A stretch of DNA of 63,795 nucleotides, the filler included, from Hausera hauseri (Eukaryota): assembly GCA_046269625.1 (NCBI GenBank). It is 12 parts of 12 records of this genome, joined end to end, with 100 filler letters (N's around TTAATTAATTAA, not from the genome) between each part and the next. Parts side by side here need not be neighbours in the genome. Positions count along the whole stretch, not along the records: positions 59,675 to 63,795 come from JBJURY010748876.1; 11 more parts are not named here. One strand, given 5' to 3'. The notes below the pieces were generated by a model. It did not search any database. It had not been told where the DNA came from and saw nothing but the letters and a program-made list of their open reading frames with translations. The position numbers were made by a program, and so were the translations under genes. Below, in pieces: positions 62,300 through 63,795 of this stretch (its first letter is position 1; the number at the start of each line of letters is the position of its first letter).

Positions 62300-63795
62300 G
62301 GATGTCCTCATTTCAACAGCACAAAACATATTATCAAGAAAAATGCACAAGAAACAGAACTACATCACAAACGAAACACTGAAACTCATTGAAGAAAGAA
62401 GAAAATTGAAGCGAGAAGGGGCGAAACGGAACAACGACAACTACAGAATCTGTATCAGAAAAATTAGAAGATAAATCAGGAAAGATAAAAAACAGTACTT
62501 GCAACAAAATAGAAGATCTTCAAATACAAAGAAAAGATGGAGAATTCAGAGAATTTAAAGCACTAACTAGGGATTTTAAACGATGTCTTCAAGTTATAGA
62601 TGACAAAGAAGGAAACAGACTAACAAAAAGCAAAGACATTCTAGCAAGATGAAAAGAAATAATAGTGGTAGGAAATGTACAAAAACACCAACAATAATAC
62701 AAAAGCAGTCATGAAAAACGACGATAAAGAGCCAGAACCGATTTTAGATGAAGTAATTTCGGCAATAAAGTCTTTGAAGTGGGAAATCACCAGGTTGTGA
62801 TGACTGTAATTCACGCAGGAGGGGAAGCCAGCGCCCGAGTTTATCACGCACTATGTATAAAGATCTGGAATAGTGCTGACTGGCCCAAAAGCATGGAAAG
62901 ATCAGTATATGTTCCCATATCAAAGGAAGGTAATCTAAAACTGTGGACAAATTACCGCACCATCACTCTAATAAGTCATGCCAGCAAAATTTCCCTTACA
63001 TATTATCATGAAGAGAATGAAAAACAAAACTAGAAGAAGAAATATGTGCAAGCTGATTTCCGACAAGGCAGGGGCACCAGGGACTATATCTTCTACATGA
63101 AAAACATCTTCGAGAAGTGCAGAGAGTGCAGTGTGGACCTTCACACTTATTTCATTGATTACACCAAGGCTTTTGACTGTTTGTAGCATAGCAAGGTATG
63201 GAGTATCATGAGATATATTGGGTTTCCAACACATATAGTACACCTAACTGAATCACTGTATCAAGAACAACAAGCAGCTGTGAGAATATCGGGAGAAACA
63301 TCAGAATGGTTTGAGGTATTAAAATAAGTACGGCAAGAGTGTATACTCTCCCCATATCTTTTCAACATCTGTGCCGCAAATATAATGAGAAATGTCAGAG
63401 GAGACCAAAACTGTGCAAATATGATCCTTTCACAATCGGTGGTAACACACTACCACAACTCAGATGATACAGTCCTACTTTCAAATAGTCATGAATGTCT
63501 AGAACAACTGATTCTGACGATTAGAAAAACACNNNNNNNNNNNNNNNNNNNNNNNNNNNNNNNNNNNNNNNNNNNNNNNNNNNNNNNNNNNNNNNNNNNN
63601 NNNNNNNNNNNNNNNNNNNNNNNNNNNNNNNNNNNNNNNNNNNNNNNNNNNNNNNNNNNNNNNNNNNNNNNNNNNNTAATGTCAACTGACAAAAGTAGTC
63701 GCCAACCCAAAATCACCATAGAAAATGAAGAACTAGAGAATGTCTCAAATTTTGAATACCTGGGATCCACAATATACAACAGTGGAGACTGCTCA
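62300..63795 (+). mobile_element. RTE LINE ORF (RT) fragment, with a scaffold gap at 63533-63677
   Basis: KSPGCD, NYRTITLISHASKI, FRQGRGTRD, FIDYTKAFDC, VRQECILSPYLFN, FEYLGS. Confidence 0.9.

Overview
This is not a contiguous locus. It is a concatenation of 12 short eukaryotic contigs (1-4269, 4370-9506, 9607-17441, 17542-24176, 24277-28360, 28461-33549, 33650-39377, 39478-44517, 44618-50188, 50289-54243, 54344-59574, 59675-63795) joined by 100-nt N44-TTAATTAATTAA-N44 linkers. Contig 1 looks like teleost non-coding DNA. Contig 12 is a LINE-rich stretch, possibly molluscan. Contigs 2-11 look like an AT-rich, fast-evolving animal with tiny (25-44 nt) GT-AG introns, for example a dicyemid or other reduced parasite (inference). 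They are patchworks of decayed host-gene fragments (USP34, CBP/p300, ARHGAP39, DNAH7, importin-7/8, alpha-tubulin, RTF2, UBR1/2, ankyrin) and mobile elements (CsRn1-like and other Gypsy LTR elements, Polinton integrase and pPolB, hAT, Tc1/mariner, RTE, Penelope-like, NeSL/Utopia-like). Three observations stand out. (1) A CsRn1-like Gypsy family in which two divergent copies encode a ubiquitin-like domain ending in L-R-I-R-G-G / F-R-I-R-G-G directly ahead of Gag; it also has doubled CHCC knuckles, very short LTRs and no tRNA primer-binding site. (2) A Gypsy element whose integrase frame runs into a signal peptide-FN3-TM receptor-like cargo, followed by a catalytically dead DEDDh exonuclease and further ORFs. 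(3) Contig 11 has an exact 77-nt terminal overlap with a UBR1/2 reading frame running through it, so it is a 5154-bp circle or tandem unit. All protein identifications are motif recognition by eye; no searches were run.
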